A stretch of DNA of 64,000 nucleotides from Octopus vulgaris (Eukaryota), in the NCBI GenBank assembly GCA_951406725.2, contig OX597817.1, forward strand, positions 12,462,001 through 12,526,000, in the 5' to 3' direction. A model generated the notes under the pieces. It worked only from the letters and a program-made list of their open reading frames with translations. It made no database searches and was not told the DNA's origin. The position numbers and the translations under genes are program-made. Positions 50,721 to 63,662 of this stretch are shown piece by piece. Position 1 is the first letter of the stretch. Every line of letters begins with the position of its first letter.

Positions 50721-52711
50721 CATATATACGACAGGCTTCTTTCAGTTTCTGTCTACCAAATCCACTCACAAGGCATTGGTCGGCCCGGGGCTATAGCAGA
50801 AGACACTTGCCCAAGATGCCACGCAGTGGGACTGAACCCGGAACCATGTGGCTGGCAAGCAAGCTACTTACCACACAGCCACTACTGCGCCTACAACACT
50901 GATTCTCAACCACTTTTTTTTGCCTATTGATCCCTTTTTCTTTCTGTTTCACTGTACTGGACCTCCATAACCATTCGATGTACATAAATAAAAATCCTTA
51001 TAATCAAATATCAGGAGTTGCATTAAAAAATTAAAATATTTTGTGTATTATAGAAATACAAGCAAATTATTGCATATAGATTTTAACACAATCTTACGTG
51101 GACCTCCAAAGACCATATGAACCCCGGTTAAGACCCGCTTTACTAGAGTAAAACACAATTGAAGACAAGCTTCAGAGGATCTAAACTATTTTAATATTTA
51201 ATATTCGCTGTGAGCAAAGACGTCTAAGCTGTAACCATCCTATCCTTTCAAAAGTATAATTTACCAATGCGTACTTCCTGTTTAGAACAAGCGACAACTG
51301 AACTAACGTCTTGGTTCAAAGTAGCCTAGAGATTAGGTTATTTTGAGCGAGTCCATCAGTTCAGGACCTTTAGTTTGGTTAGTTATAATAAGTTTAGAGG
51401 GGTTTTCCCTTCGTTCTAACACTTATCATAATGTGCTACTATATCAAAGGACAGCAAACGAGTATGAGATTTAAATGAAGATATATGAAGATTCATAGAA
51501 TAATTTTTTAAGAAAGTTTATCGAGAACATGTACACAAAATTTTATAACATTACATTTGGTTTTGCTAGATTATAGTTGTTTTATGAAATCGCCAAACAT
51601 ATCCTCAAATACCTCTCGCCACCCAGCAGCATCCGAACATGATGTAATGAAACATTATATCAGTGAAATAGAACTTGCGGAGTCTCACTGAGTGAGTCTA
51701 TATTACAAATTGCTAAGCTTGTTTGTTAGTAATTATAATGAGTTGGGTGGGGGATAATTATTTGTTGTTCATATGTTGGGAGAGTGCAGAGTTACTCTCT
51801 CTCTTTTTACTCTTTTACTTGTTTCAGTCATTTGACTGCGGCCATGCTGGAGCACCGCATTTAGTCGAGCAAATCGACCCCGGGACTTATTTTGTTTTTT
51901 TGTAAGCCCAGTACTTATTCTATCGGTCTCTTTTGCCGAACCGCTAAGTAACGGGGACGTAAACACACCAGCATCGATTGTCAAGCAATGCTAGGGGGAC
52001 AAACACAGACATACAAACACACATACATATATATACATATACATATATACGACAGGCTTCTTTCAGTTTCCGTCTACCAAATCCACTCACAGGGCATTGG
52101 TCGGCCCGGGGCTATAGCAGAAGACACTTGCCCAAGATGCCACGCAGTGGGACTGAACCCGGAACCATGTGGTTGGTTAGCAAGCTACTTACCACACAGC
52201 CACTCCTGCAAAAGTTTTTTTTTTTTAAATTTTTTATGCGTTGAAATTAATCTTTGAAGCTATTAAAGGATTTAAGTTGTCATATCAATGCCGCAAGATG
52301 TTTTTAGGCATTGCTGTTATAGCTATTTAACTCAAGGTTATCCTTGGTGGTGTTCCAGTTATGAACATTTCGTCCTTTTGTATGACTAGGACTGCATTAT
52401 CAAATGTGTATTTCTTTTTTTTTAAACAAAAGGGAGTGATTTTATGGAGATTGGTTACTATTTCTAACAGGCTAGGCGTCTACACAGAGGCTTCTACATG
52501 AGTTCGAAGAGAGTGTATTTGCTGGAAATAACTGCGATGTTCAGAAGGAAGAGTGTGGAAGACTTAACTGAATCATGAGGAAAAACTAGAATTGATTAAA
52601 TGCGGACAGAAAGATCTGTCGATACAAAATGTTAGGATACAGTATGATAGGAAACTTTAGAACCATGACGAAAGAGAGAGAGGGGGGAGAGAGAGAAAGA
52701 GAGAGAGAGAG

Positions 52712-52755
<44 letters not shown>

Positions 52756-54034
52756 ATTTAGCCTTGAGTTTCTCCAGTCAGGTCATTTTGGTGATCTTAA
52801 GAAAAACAAGTTTGTTTTCGTCTAAGTTCTATCAGGTAAGAAAATAAAATCCTCACAGCGTAAAGTGGGAAAATAAGTTCTCGAGAAATATGGCTTTGCT
52901 CAAACAGCTTTTCTATTTGTATTTTCCCTTATAACAGGTGAATAAGAAAAACTTTGAAAACTTGTACATTTGTTGTCCTAGTTACAAGTAATAAGTGAAA
53001 GCCATTACTGGTAGGTTGGGAGAAAGCACTGTAACCTGAACTCAACGAAATAGGTTAACCAGAAAATGTTTCGTTGCAGATAAAAAGCAGAATGAGTTCT
53101 TCAAACCTCATTTGCCACAAATTACAGAAATACCATGTCACTGATATTTATTTCTTTACTACCCACAAGGGGCTAAACGCAGAGGGGACAAACAAGGACA
53201 GACAAAGGGATTAAGTCGATTATATCGACCCCAGTGCGTAACTGGTACTTAATTTATCGACCCCAAGAGAATGAAAGGCAAAGTCGACCTCGGTGGAATT
53301 TGAACTCGGAACGTAACGACAGACGAAGTACGGCTACGCCTTTCGCCCGGCGTGCTAACGTCTCTGCCAGCTCGCCGCCTTCCATGTCACTGATATTGAA
53401 CTTCATGTCATCACTCCTGACACACACAATGAAGTTTTAGACGTTACTGTCCTATGTGATCTGGATTAACTGTGACTATTAATCTCCTCAGTTTAGACTG
53501 CTTATTTCACATGTGATGCTTCAGTTAACAAAATGCAAAAGAGCAATCAATTTCTGCTGCTGAAAATTATAGACAGTCAAAAGCATAGAGCAGTCTGTGC
53601 AGTCTAACGATGTTCTCAAAAACTTAACAAGTGAAAGATACAAAATCACTGACCACATTTATAAGAACTGTTGAATTTTCTGCGGGAGTAGCTCAGAGTA
53701 GAGTATCCTACGTTAAAATATGGACACACAGTAAATATTTGGCACTCGCATTCAAAGACGTCTGCTGGTCAGTCACAGAAATTCCGTATGATTGAATGAG
53801 CAAGAGAAACTACCGGTGTTTATTTCCACTCGTTACCACCACAAACTTTAGAGTAGGAACAAACAGCAACGATTATTTCATTCTCTCTGGATCGTCTTCT
53901 CCAATTCGTTTCAAGGAAAACAGACACAATTTGCTTTGAAACTCACAGATGCTGAGTTTCAAAACAAATTTTGAAACTGAGATCCAGTCTGTTGTGAATT
54001 TACAACTAACGTTCGTGTACGGCGTTAGTTGTAT

Positions 54035-54420
54035 TGGAAGCACTCCGTCGGTTATGAAGACGAGGGTTCCGGTTGATCCGAATCAACGGAACAGCCTGCT
54101 CGTGAAATTAACGTGTAAGTGGCCGAGCACTCCACAGACACGTGTACCCTTAACATAGTTCTCGGGGATATTCAGCGTGACACAGAGAGTGACAAGGCCG
54201 GCCCTTTGAAATACCGGTACAGCAGAAACAGGAAGTAAGAGTGAGAGAAAGTTGTGGTGAAAGAGTACAGCAGGGATCACCACCATCCCCTGCCGGAGCC
54301 TCGTGGAGCTTTTAGGTGTTTTCGCTCAATAAACACTCACAACGCCCGGTCTGGGAATCGAAACCGCGATCCTATGACCGCGAGTCCGCTGCCCAAACCA
54401 CTGGGCCATTGCGCCTCCAC
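54035..54420 (-). mobile_element. tRNA-derived SINE family E (TCG anticodon-like head) with RTE-like tail
   Basis: Minus strand gtggaggcgcaatggcccagtgg..ggactcgcggtc..ggtttcgattcc head; ends ctcgtcttcataaccgacggagtgc. Confidence 0.75.
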
Positions 54421-54566
54421 AACAGACTGAAGTAGGTCAGGGTGAAGTCTCTCTGAACATTTCAAATGTCTTTTCTATGTGTTGTTTCAAATATTTTTAT
54501 CCGACTTACCTTCTTTGCTATAACTTGCAATATTTTCTATATTTTTTCCAAAAGAGACAACTGGAT

Positions 54567-54680
54567 ATGAAGATTGCGCGTGAGGACAGTCATTTACTCT
54601 CATCAAAACCATCACGCAGAAAATGCTGCCTTCCGTTGGACGAAGAAGAGCCTTTTTTCCACTCATGTTCGAGTATGGTG
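54567..54680 (+). CDS. Probable first coding exon of SLCO/OATP transporter
   Basis: Pyrimidine tract plus AG at 54553-54554, ATG at 54567; MKIAREDSHLLSSKPSRRKCCLPLDEEEPFFHSCSSMV. The phase-0 donor GTtaag joins VFTSFLG of the next exon. The donor is weak. Confidence 0.6.
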
Positions 54681-55304
54681 GTTAAGTATATTTATATCTT
54701 TCATCTTTTACTTGTTCCAGTCATTGAACTGTGGCCTTGCTGGGGCACGGTCTTGAGGTGTTTAGTCAAACAAATCAACCTCAATATTTATCTTTTAAGT
54801 CCTATACATATTCTATCGCTCTTTCTATTGGCGGACCGCTAGGTCGTGAGGACGGAGAAAAACTAAGATTAGTTGTCAAGCGTTGGTTAGGAGGAACACA
54901 ACACATACACACGCACGCACATGCGCGCACACACACACACTCAAGCAGACGTACATACATTTCTTCAAAAGACATTGATCAGCTAAGGGTTCCGGTAAAA
55001 GACAAAAGCGCTGCGCCTGCGTATTTTCATCTTGTATCTTTTATCTTTTGCTTGCTTCAATCATTAGACTGCGACCATGCTGGGGCACAACCTTGAAGAA
55101 CTTCTAGTCGAATGAATCGACCCAAATACTTTTCTGAAGTCTGGTACTTATTCTATCGATATCTCTTTGCCGAACCACTAAGTTACGGGGGACCTAAGCA
55201 CGCCAACACCGGTTGCTAAGTGGGGGTGAGGAACAAGCAAACACACACACACACACACATACATACATACATACATACATACATACATACATACATACAT
55301 ACAT

Positions 55305-55335
<31 letters not shown>

Positions 55336-55338
55336 TAC

Positions 55339-55388
<50 letters not shown>

Positions 55389-56164
55389 GTTTCTGTTGAC
55401 CAAATTCACTCACAAGGCTTTAATCGACCCGAAGTAATAGTAGAAGACACTTGCCCAGGGTGCCTCGCAGGGGGACTAAACCCGGAACCAAGTAGTTGGG
55501 AAGCAAACTTCTTACCATACGCTCATGCATATTAAATTACTGTCGTTATTTAAAAGCAAGTTTATGAATAACAACAGCACATTTACTGGTGGTCTCGGAA
55601 GTGTACTTGCCAAGTAAATGATTTATCTAAGACCGTGTGTTAAAATTAAAACGACTGCTGCGTGGAAGATACAAAGTAATCAAGTCAGTGACCAGGTCGC
55701 AGTGCGTGCGACGAAATTTTTGACAACATGTAACGAATATTGAATGTTTAAGTGAAGTTAACAGACTTCGTGTTTTTTAATTGCTAGCATATGTTATTCC
55801 CAATCGATTTATTGGTAGGAATAATCAATACTAATTTTTCACATCCGTGCACCATATCTGAAAATTCTATTGATTTTAACAAACTCTCTTTTGTTCTTTA
55901 CAGCACTTCGTTAGCTCCCATAATTTTTGTAGTCCCATCATGGCAACTTTTCCCAATCTATTGTTCCTAATTTTCCCAATTTATTCTTCAATTTCGTTTG
56001 AGCATCTTCCATTTCTTACATGCTTGAATTCAAAGAAAGTAAATTCATTCACTACTTCTTTCATTTCACCTCCAATTTTGAAGTTACCATTATGGCAAGT
56101 CCGTTTTGGGTAAATCTGAATTCTTGAGATTGTCTCCCTCGACACTAAGTGATTAATTTAGTTT

Positions 56165-56465
56165 CTATGTTGGTATTAGAGGTATTCTAGGTGTAAATAC
56201 GATGTCTCCCTTACCACATCCAGTGAGGACTTTTGTTTCGATAATGTGAGGCTGTCGTTCAGTGACAACACAGTCTATGTACCATTGCACAATCTTGGCT
56301 GATCCAGGTTTCTGAGAAGCATGATGACTGCGCCCTTCCTCAATTCAAAACTGTGTGGCGGCATACCGGACGGTTAAAGACTGTTGAGGAATTCAACAGG
56401 ATAATGAACAGCATCATCTTCGTCGACAACTTTGTCGATAGATTTATAGATGTGGTTACCTTCAT
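56165..56465 (-). pseudogene. Helitron PIF1-type helicase fragment (element approx. 55690-57476)
   Basis: [57 protein letters not shown]...HIIETKVLTGCGKGDIVFTPRIPLIPT. A Helitron-like start atctccttataaaaag lies near 57476(-), with internal duplications in 56750-57470. Confidence 0.82.
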
Positions 56466-57496
56466 CCCCGCTCTGTCACGTTTTTGTTCTCTAACCCCAC
56501 TTCTTTGTCTGTCTCTCACGTGCTCTTCTCTAGAGAGAAAAGTAGGTAGACGTAGTGAGAGAGACATATATACAACCAAAGAGAGAGAGAGAGAGAGAGA
56601 CATTGAGAGGTATGTATAGACAGAGAGAATGCAGAGGTCTGGCGGTGACTTCAAAGGAATAAATGTAAGGTATAAACTTAGAGAAAGTTGGAGGTGGATT
56701 GAGTGATATGTAGAGTATTTTTTCACTCTGTGAAAAGCATTGCGGTGAAATAGACAGTACGTGGATTGCTAGAAATAGGAGCCAATGCACCACCATCTTC
56801 CCCACCTACCATTCCGTTTTCGGAAAATAAGTGCTCAGTTATCTGCGGAATGGTCAAATTGGGATCTTTTCCTTTTAAACGGCACATGTCAACACAATTT
56901 CTAGACACAATTTCTAGTTTTAGACGCAGCAAATGATTTTAGCTCATTAGAGTCGATTCATTGGTTAAAATTCGAAAAATTAAACTACGTTAAACAAACA
57001 AATTACAATTTTCTCAAGAAAGCCAAGAGAAAAAAAAATGTTTTATTTTGACACATTCTACCAGTATACGAAGTTTTAAAGTGTTTAGTTAACTAGAAAT
57101 TGTGTTGACATGTGCCGTTCAAAAGGAAAAGATCCTCAAATTGATTTAAATGACACGAAAAAACCTGAAATATCAATGTTATTTAGTGTTTTCAGCGGTC
57201 AACGTACAAACAAGCAAACATTGCTTTATAAAAGGATATAGACATTATGGTGAAAGAGCCAGTACGTGGATTGCGAGAAATAGGAACAAATGCACTACCA
57301 AATCGTTCCCACCCCAATCCATTTACAGCAAATAGGTACAAAGTTATCTGTGGAATGGTCAAATTAATTTAAATGACGCGATAAACCTGAAATATTATCA
57401 ATTTTATATAGGGTTTTCAGCGGTCAGCGTACCAACAAACATATAAACAAACCGACTTTGCTTTTTATAAGGAGATAATATATACATGCATACATA

Positions 57497-58053
57497 CATG
57501 GTGGTGGCTGCCCCCTCGTTATCGAGTATGGCCATTGCACGAAGCTTAATCAATGTTGTTATCGTGCAATGCCTGTGCAAGAAGATTTTTTTTAAAGTGA
57601 GGAAAGGCTGTGCACTGAGTCAGTCCCACTCACTAAGCAACAGCAGCCATAATCCGAAAAGAAGAACAAGTCAACATCATCGGTAACCTCTGAGCCGCAG
57701 GTTTTATGTCGGCGTTATCCTAGTTACCTGAGTTACCTTCTCCTAGAAGGATGCCCTAACAAAGGCTAGGAATCCTTCACTCCCAATGGTTTAACCGCGT
57801 GATCGGGTATTCAATCCGATTATTTCTATGTCCCCGCGCATGATACAGCCTTAAGACATTTATTGGATGGCCGTTGACTCTCAAAAGTTCCTCTGCCCTT
57901 TGACGGGTTTTGTTTTTCATCCGCAGGGTGTCCAATAAACACCCTCCTCACCAAGCAAGCTTGGTGGGGTTGCCGGTTTAGTCGCCGACGACCCGACCAT
58001 GCAACAGGTTGTGCTGGGTTACATGTTACCAGTAGCACTCGAAAGTGACCTGA
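57497..58053 (-). mobile_element. Probable non-autonomous RTE-derived element inserted in (CATA)n
   Basis: GC-richer island between cata repeats. The minus strand has gggcatccttctaggagaaggtaactc (RTE 5'UTR-like) and ends ctcgataacgagggggcagcc (RTE-tail-like). Confidence 0.45.
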
Positions 58054-58193
58054 CATACATACACACGTACATACATACATACATACATACATACAGACAC
58101 AGACATACTCTCTGTAAAGTATACTTCATTTATTTCTTCGTTTGATCTTCTATTCATTTTTTCATTCATTTTTTTTCTTTTTCTATCTTCCAG

Positions 58194-58497
58194 GTTTTCA
58201 CTTCCTTCCTCGGTCTGAATTCTTTGATGTTACTTTCGGTAAACATATACACAGCATCACAAATTACAACTTTAGAAAGGCACTTCAATTTACGAAGTTC
58301 GTATATTGGATTCCTGTTCATCGCTAATCAAATTGGATCTATCCTATCTCTAATAGCGTTTATTTACATGTCTAAAGACTTACACCGACCGACATTTTTA
58401 GCGTTCAGTGGCATCTTTTCCGGAATTGGATTTTTAATATGCGCTCTGCCATATTTTATGACGTCTGTTCCAAAACATAACTCCAACCATAGTACAA
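58194..58497 (+). CDS. SLCO/OATP organic anion transporter exon (about TM1-TM3)
   Basis: Long pyrimidine tract ccAG|...ACAA|GTaagt; 304 nt, phase 0/1. SQITTLERHFNLRSSYIG...LHRPTFLAFSG...ALPYF corresponds to the OATP motifs ITTIERRF, LHRPR and ALPHF. Confidence 0.9.
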
Positions 58498-58850
58498 GTA
58501 AGTATAATAGTAATGATGATCATAACGTGATCTCTGTTTCTAAATAGAGGATGCGAGTTTGGTTTATTTGGCTCTTTCTTGAAAAACTCATTCAGTTAAA
58601 TCTATATCAACTTTAGACGAAACATTCACATCCACAGGGCAGTAAAGCTGTACAATAGTGCTTGCCTATTGTTCCTTGTGCCTGTGAATAATATAAGTTC
58701 TTATGTTTGCACCAGATTGTTATTTTTATTAGAATGTTTTGTGTAGATGAAAATATTCCGCTTCTAGTGTTCCGTTCGATATAACCATCAGAGCAATCCT
58801 TCCAACAGATAATATTGTACATAGTTTGGACAATAATATCATGTCTCAAT

Positions 58851-59445
58851 GGTGGCGAGCTGGCAGAAATCCTTAGCGGTATTTCGTCTGCCGTTACGTT
58901 CTGAGTTCAAATTCCGCCGAGGTCGACTTGGCCTTTCAGCCCTTTCGGGGTCGATAAATTAAGTACCAGTTACGCACTGGGGTCGATATAATCGACTTAA
59001 TCCGTTTGTCTGTCCTTGTTTGTCCCCTCTGTGTTTAGCCCCTTGTGGGTAGTAAAGAAATAGGTATTTCGTCTGTCGCTACGTTCTGAGTTCAAATTCT
59101 GCCGAGGTTGACTTTGCCTTTCATCCTTTCAGAGTCGATTAAATAAGTACCAGTTACGCACTTGGATCGATATAATCGACTTAATCCCTTTGTCTGTCCT
59201 TGTTTGTCCCCTCTATGTTTAGCCCCTTGTGGGCAATAAAAAAATAAGAAACGTTAGCACACCGGGCGAAATGCGTAGCTGTATTTCGTCTGCCGTTACG
59301 TTCTAAGTTCAAATTCCGCTGAGGTCGACTTTGTCTTTCATCCTTTCGGGGGTCGATAAATTAAGTACCAGTTACGTACCGGGGTCGATCTGATCGGCTG
59401 GCCCCCTCCCCCAAAATTTCGGGCCTTGTGCCTAGAGTAGAAATG
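58851..59445 (+). mobile_element. SINE family C, partial tandem trimer (representative)
   Basis: ggcgagctggcaga head, gagttcaaattcc B-box, gcctttcatcctttcggggtcgataaattaagtacc body repeated three times. Other copies lie at about 8945-9168(-), 22188-22610(+, two), 37775-38185(+, dimer), 47930-48250(-), 53147-53380(-), 61045-61240(+) and 62240-62675(-, two). Confidence 0.85.
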
Positions 59446-60202
59446 AATATTACTATTATTCTCAAGTATCGGATAAGTACCCGTGCAGAGCTTTCTGTTG
59501 TTATGACGAGTGTTTCTCCTCCAAATTTCTGTTTAACGTTCTGGTTTGTCGAGTGCTTCTCTAATTTTGGTTTAAGCACGTTAATCCGGTTACCTATTTT
59601 ATCACACCCAGAGTACCTACTCAGAAGTTCGTCACACCTACAAGATATTGTTTCATTTAATTTGAGCACATATGTGATTAACTCATTTCTTCCTTTATTG
59701 TTCCATGAATGTTTTCTGTGTATTTCAGTCAAAGGCTGTTTGAACTGACCTTATATCTCTGACTCCGTTCCTCCTTCTAACATAGAGCCTGTTAGTGTTA
59801 TTTCCGATACGAAAGTTGTCAGGGATGGTTAATACTTTCCTAGTCTTGATGCGTTATATTCATATGACTTGATTCGTATTGTCAACAATCATTCCTCGAC
59901 TGATTACCAAATGCCCAAACTTTTCCTGATCAAATTCCATTCTTATATCCCGTGAAAATGTTGTGACCAGTTTCAACTGTTTCTTGGTGTCAGAAATATT
60001 ACTTGAATATAGCTAGAGATAATCGACAAAAAATAGTTCGAATGACATTACTTTTTCTCTCATCTGCTAATCCTTAGGTTTATATTTATGTATATACCTC
60101 GTTTATCAGCGAGGTTACATATTAGGATCAGCAGTTGAAGTTGTATGTATGAATACAAAAACGCATGCATGAATACATAGGTGGGGGTGCATGTGTGTGT
60201 GT

Positions 60203-60238
<36 letters not shown>

Positions 60239-60304
60239 TAGTGAACGAACGAGTGAATGAATGAATTATGTATATATTGCCTCATTTTCCCTTTTTTTTT
60301 TCAG

Positions 60305-60517
60305 ATCTTGTTTCAACCCTCACCTCTACACTTAGCAACTCCCGTGTTCCCTGTAGTCATGAATACGATCAACAATCAAAACATGCCGACATAGTGGGCT
60401 ATTACATCATGTTGGCTGCAATGATATTCATTGGTATTTGTAGGGGACCAACGGAACCGATATCGATCGTACATATCGATGACAATGTGCCTCCTGTTTC
60501 CTTCAGTTGTTACATGA
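60305..60517 (+). CDS. SLCO/OATP exon (TM4, IDDNV motif)
   Basis: ttttttcAG|...ATGA|GTgagt; 213 nt, phase 1/1; ...YYIMLAAMIFIGICRGPTEPISIVHIDDNVPPVSFSCYM. Confidence 0.88.
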
Positions 60518-60766
60518 GTGAGTTTAATGTCTCATTATATACTCTTGCTCTTTACTCTTTTACTTGTTTCAGTCATTTGACTGCGGCCATGCTGGAGCAC
60601 CGCCTTTAATCGAGCAACTCGACCCCGGGACTTATTCTTTTGTAAGCCCAATACTTATTCTATCGGTCTCTTTTTGCCGAACCGCTAAGTGACGGGGACA
60701 TAAACACACCAGCATCGGTTGTCAAGCAATGCTAGGGGGACAAACACAGACACACAAACACACACA

Positions 60767-60808
<42 letters not shown>

Positions 60809-61293
60809 TACGACAGGCTTCTTTCAGTTTCCATCTACCAAATCCACTCACAAGGCTTTGGTCGGCTCGAGGCTATAGTAGAAGACACTTGCCCAAGGTG
60901 CCACGCAGTGGGACTGAACCCGGAACCATGTGGTTGGTAAACAAGCTACTTACCACACAGCCATTCCTGCGCCTATCTGTAATTACTGTAATTACTTTTG
61001 ACAATGTCCAACAAAATAAATTTACAATCTATAGTGAAAAATAAGGTGGCGAGCTGGCAGAATCGTAAGCACGCTGGACAAAATGCTTAGCGGTGTTTCG
61101 TTCGGCTTTACGTTCTGAATTCAAATTCCACTGTGGTTCACTTTGCCTTTCATCCTTTCGAGATCGATAAAATAAGTACCAGTTGAGCACTGGGGTCGAT
61201 GTAATCGACTTTTATACCCTCCACTGAAATTGCTGGCCTCGAATTCGTAGCCTTCCATATTAGACAACTTTAAATCCATTCTATGTCGATAAA

Positions 61294-61609
61294 TGTGGAG
61301 GCGCAATGGCCCAGTGGTTAGGGCAGCGGACTCGCGGTCGGAGGATCGCGGTTTCGATTCCCAGACCGAGCGTTGTGTGTGTTTATTGAGCGAAAACACC
61401 TAAAGCGCCACGAGGCTCCGACGTGGGGTGGAGTGATCCTTGTTGTACTCTTTCGCCCTAACTTTCTCTCACTCTTTCTTCCTGTTTCTTGAGTAACGCT
61501 GCGATGGACTGGTGTCCCGTCCAGCTGGGGGAAACACATACGCCGTGGAAACCGGGAAACCGGGCCCATGAGCCTGGCTAGGCTTGAAAAGGGCGCATAA
61601 AAATAGAAA
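61294..61609 (+). mobile_element. Chimeric SINE: family E head + family B 3' half
   Basis: The 5' ~195 nt match 54.4 kb and the 3' part matches the 17.5-18.8 kb units; 11-bp TSD atgtcgataaa (61283-61293, 61610-61620). Confidence 0.85.
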
Positions 61610-61789
61610 ATGTCGATAAACTAATTAATGGTCAAATACTAGGAATCGATTAAATCATCTCCCAATACTTGACTGGAAGCTGATTCCAGTACAGCCACCA
61701 AATTCTTTGTTGTAGACATGTTGTTTTTATTCTTCATTAAATCGATTTTTTAAACTGTATGTCTTGTCTTTTTATATTGATTTTTCTAG

Positions 61790-61876
61790 CCTTAGCAGGA
61801 CCGTTATCAGTCGTTAGTTCATCATTAGTATCCATCCTGGGAAGTTTTGTAAGCAGAGTGTATATTACCTTGCGAG
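61790..61876 (+). CDS. SLCO/OATP exon (TM5); gene continues beyond the window
   Basis: gatttttctAG|...CGAG|GTaagt; 87 nt, phase 1/1; (T)LAGPLSVVSSSLVSILGSFVSRVYITLR. Confidence 0.82.
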
Positions 61877-63400
61877 GTAAGTATACAAATATACACTTTA
61901 AAGTATCTACACAAGGTCTGATCAGAATTTCTCAGAAAACGTTTTGAAGAAAGATAACTGTGTGTGAAACAGTGTTCTCATGATATTGGTGTTCGTAACA
62001 GTTCACCACATCTCAAATCTGTTTCGTCTCCCTCAATGAAATAGTTATGAAAACATGATTATAATAGCTAAGAGACTTACGCATGCCTGATGTACAAATT
62101 TATCGAACATAAAGAAAAACACGATCAATATCCTCGTAGACATGGCTGGAGATTCGTTTCGGGATCACATCTAAACATCCATAACTCATCAACATAGTTG
62201 CATAGTTAGTACTGAACTTATTGAAGCTGGTAATATTGGTTTCAACTTTTGGCACGAGACCAGCAATTTGGGGGGAGGGGGAAATCGATTACATCGACCC
62301 CAGTGATATTTATTTTGTCGACCACAAAAGGATGAAAATCAATGTCGATCTCGGTGGAATTTGAACGCAGAACGTTAAGTCGGATGAAATGCTGCCAAGC
62401 ATTTTGTCCGGCGTGCTAACGGTTCTGCCAGCTTGCCGTCCTAATTGAAGTTGGAAAATATTCCTTTCTACTATAGGCACGAGGCCTGAAATTTCGGGTC
62501 ATAGAGTAAGTCGATTTACATCAACCCCAGTACTCAACTGGTACTTACTTTATCGACTCCGAATGGATGAAAGGCAAACTCGATCTCGGCTGAATTTGAA
62601 CACAGACCATAAAGATGGACGAAATGCCGCTAAGCATTTTGCCCGGCGTGATAACGATTCCGCCAGCTAGCCGCCTTGAAGTTGGTACAATTAGAAACTA
62701 ATTCTGTCCTACGTTTCTGATCTTCATACTCTGCTCAGTGGTTAAATTTTAATCAATAGTAAACAGTCTTGTTACAAATATTGCACTTATTTAACATATA
62801 TAAAAGTTTTCGGTTAAAATCGTCTGACAGTATCTGAACGAAATATCCGGATTATCTGCAATATCCGAGATGATTGGTCATAAAAGATTTTGAATAGTTT
62901 CTTTCTACTTATCGATCGTTTTATCAGCGAGCTATATAAATGGTTACCCTGAACATGGATCAACTTTTACTAATTTTCAAAGAGCTCAGAAGCATTTTAA
63001 ATCATTGATAATCTGCAGCATTAAGCCAAATGGTCGTCACCAAATTTGTTAGCATCTGAAAGATTGATCGTTTTTCACACGAAACTTTAGATGCGTATGT
63101 CGTTCTACTTTCCTGTCTATAGTTTTGAAGACATCATCAAAAGGTACATCTGTCTTTTAAAACGTATTTCTCAACATTCATAGCAGTTGAGAGGAAATGA
63201 CTCGTCCCGGGGGTAGATTCATACTATGCGCTGTGAACATACCTCGTAGCAGCTCACTGACCACATGCTGTCACATACAATAGAACTTACCACACATGTG
63301 CGCGCGCGTCTGTATGTGGATGGATGTATCCAACAATCTATGTACCCATCTAAGAATATTTAGTCTGAATATTTAAATTTCCATTACTTAATTGTCCTTT

Positions 63401-63662
63401 GTGGAGGCGCGTGGATTAGTGGTAAAGGTGTCAGCACCATGATCGTAAGATTGTGGTTTCGATTCCTGGACCGGGCGACGCGTTGTGTTCTTGAGCAAAA
63501 CACTTCATTTCACGTTGCTCCAGTCCACTCAGCTGGCAAAAATGAGTAACGCTGCGATGGACTGGCGTCCCGTCCAGCTGGGGAACATACGCCATTGAAT
63601 CCGAGGGAATCAGGCCCATGAGCCTGGCTAGGCTTTAAAAGGGCACATTTATTTATTTTTTA
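63401..63662 (+). mobile_element. SINE family B monomer
   Basis: Same sequence as the array unit, (TTTA) tail, 13-bp TSD ttaattgtccttt (63388-63400, 63663-63675). Confidence 0.92.
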
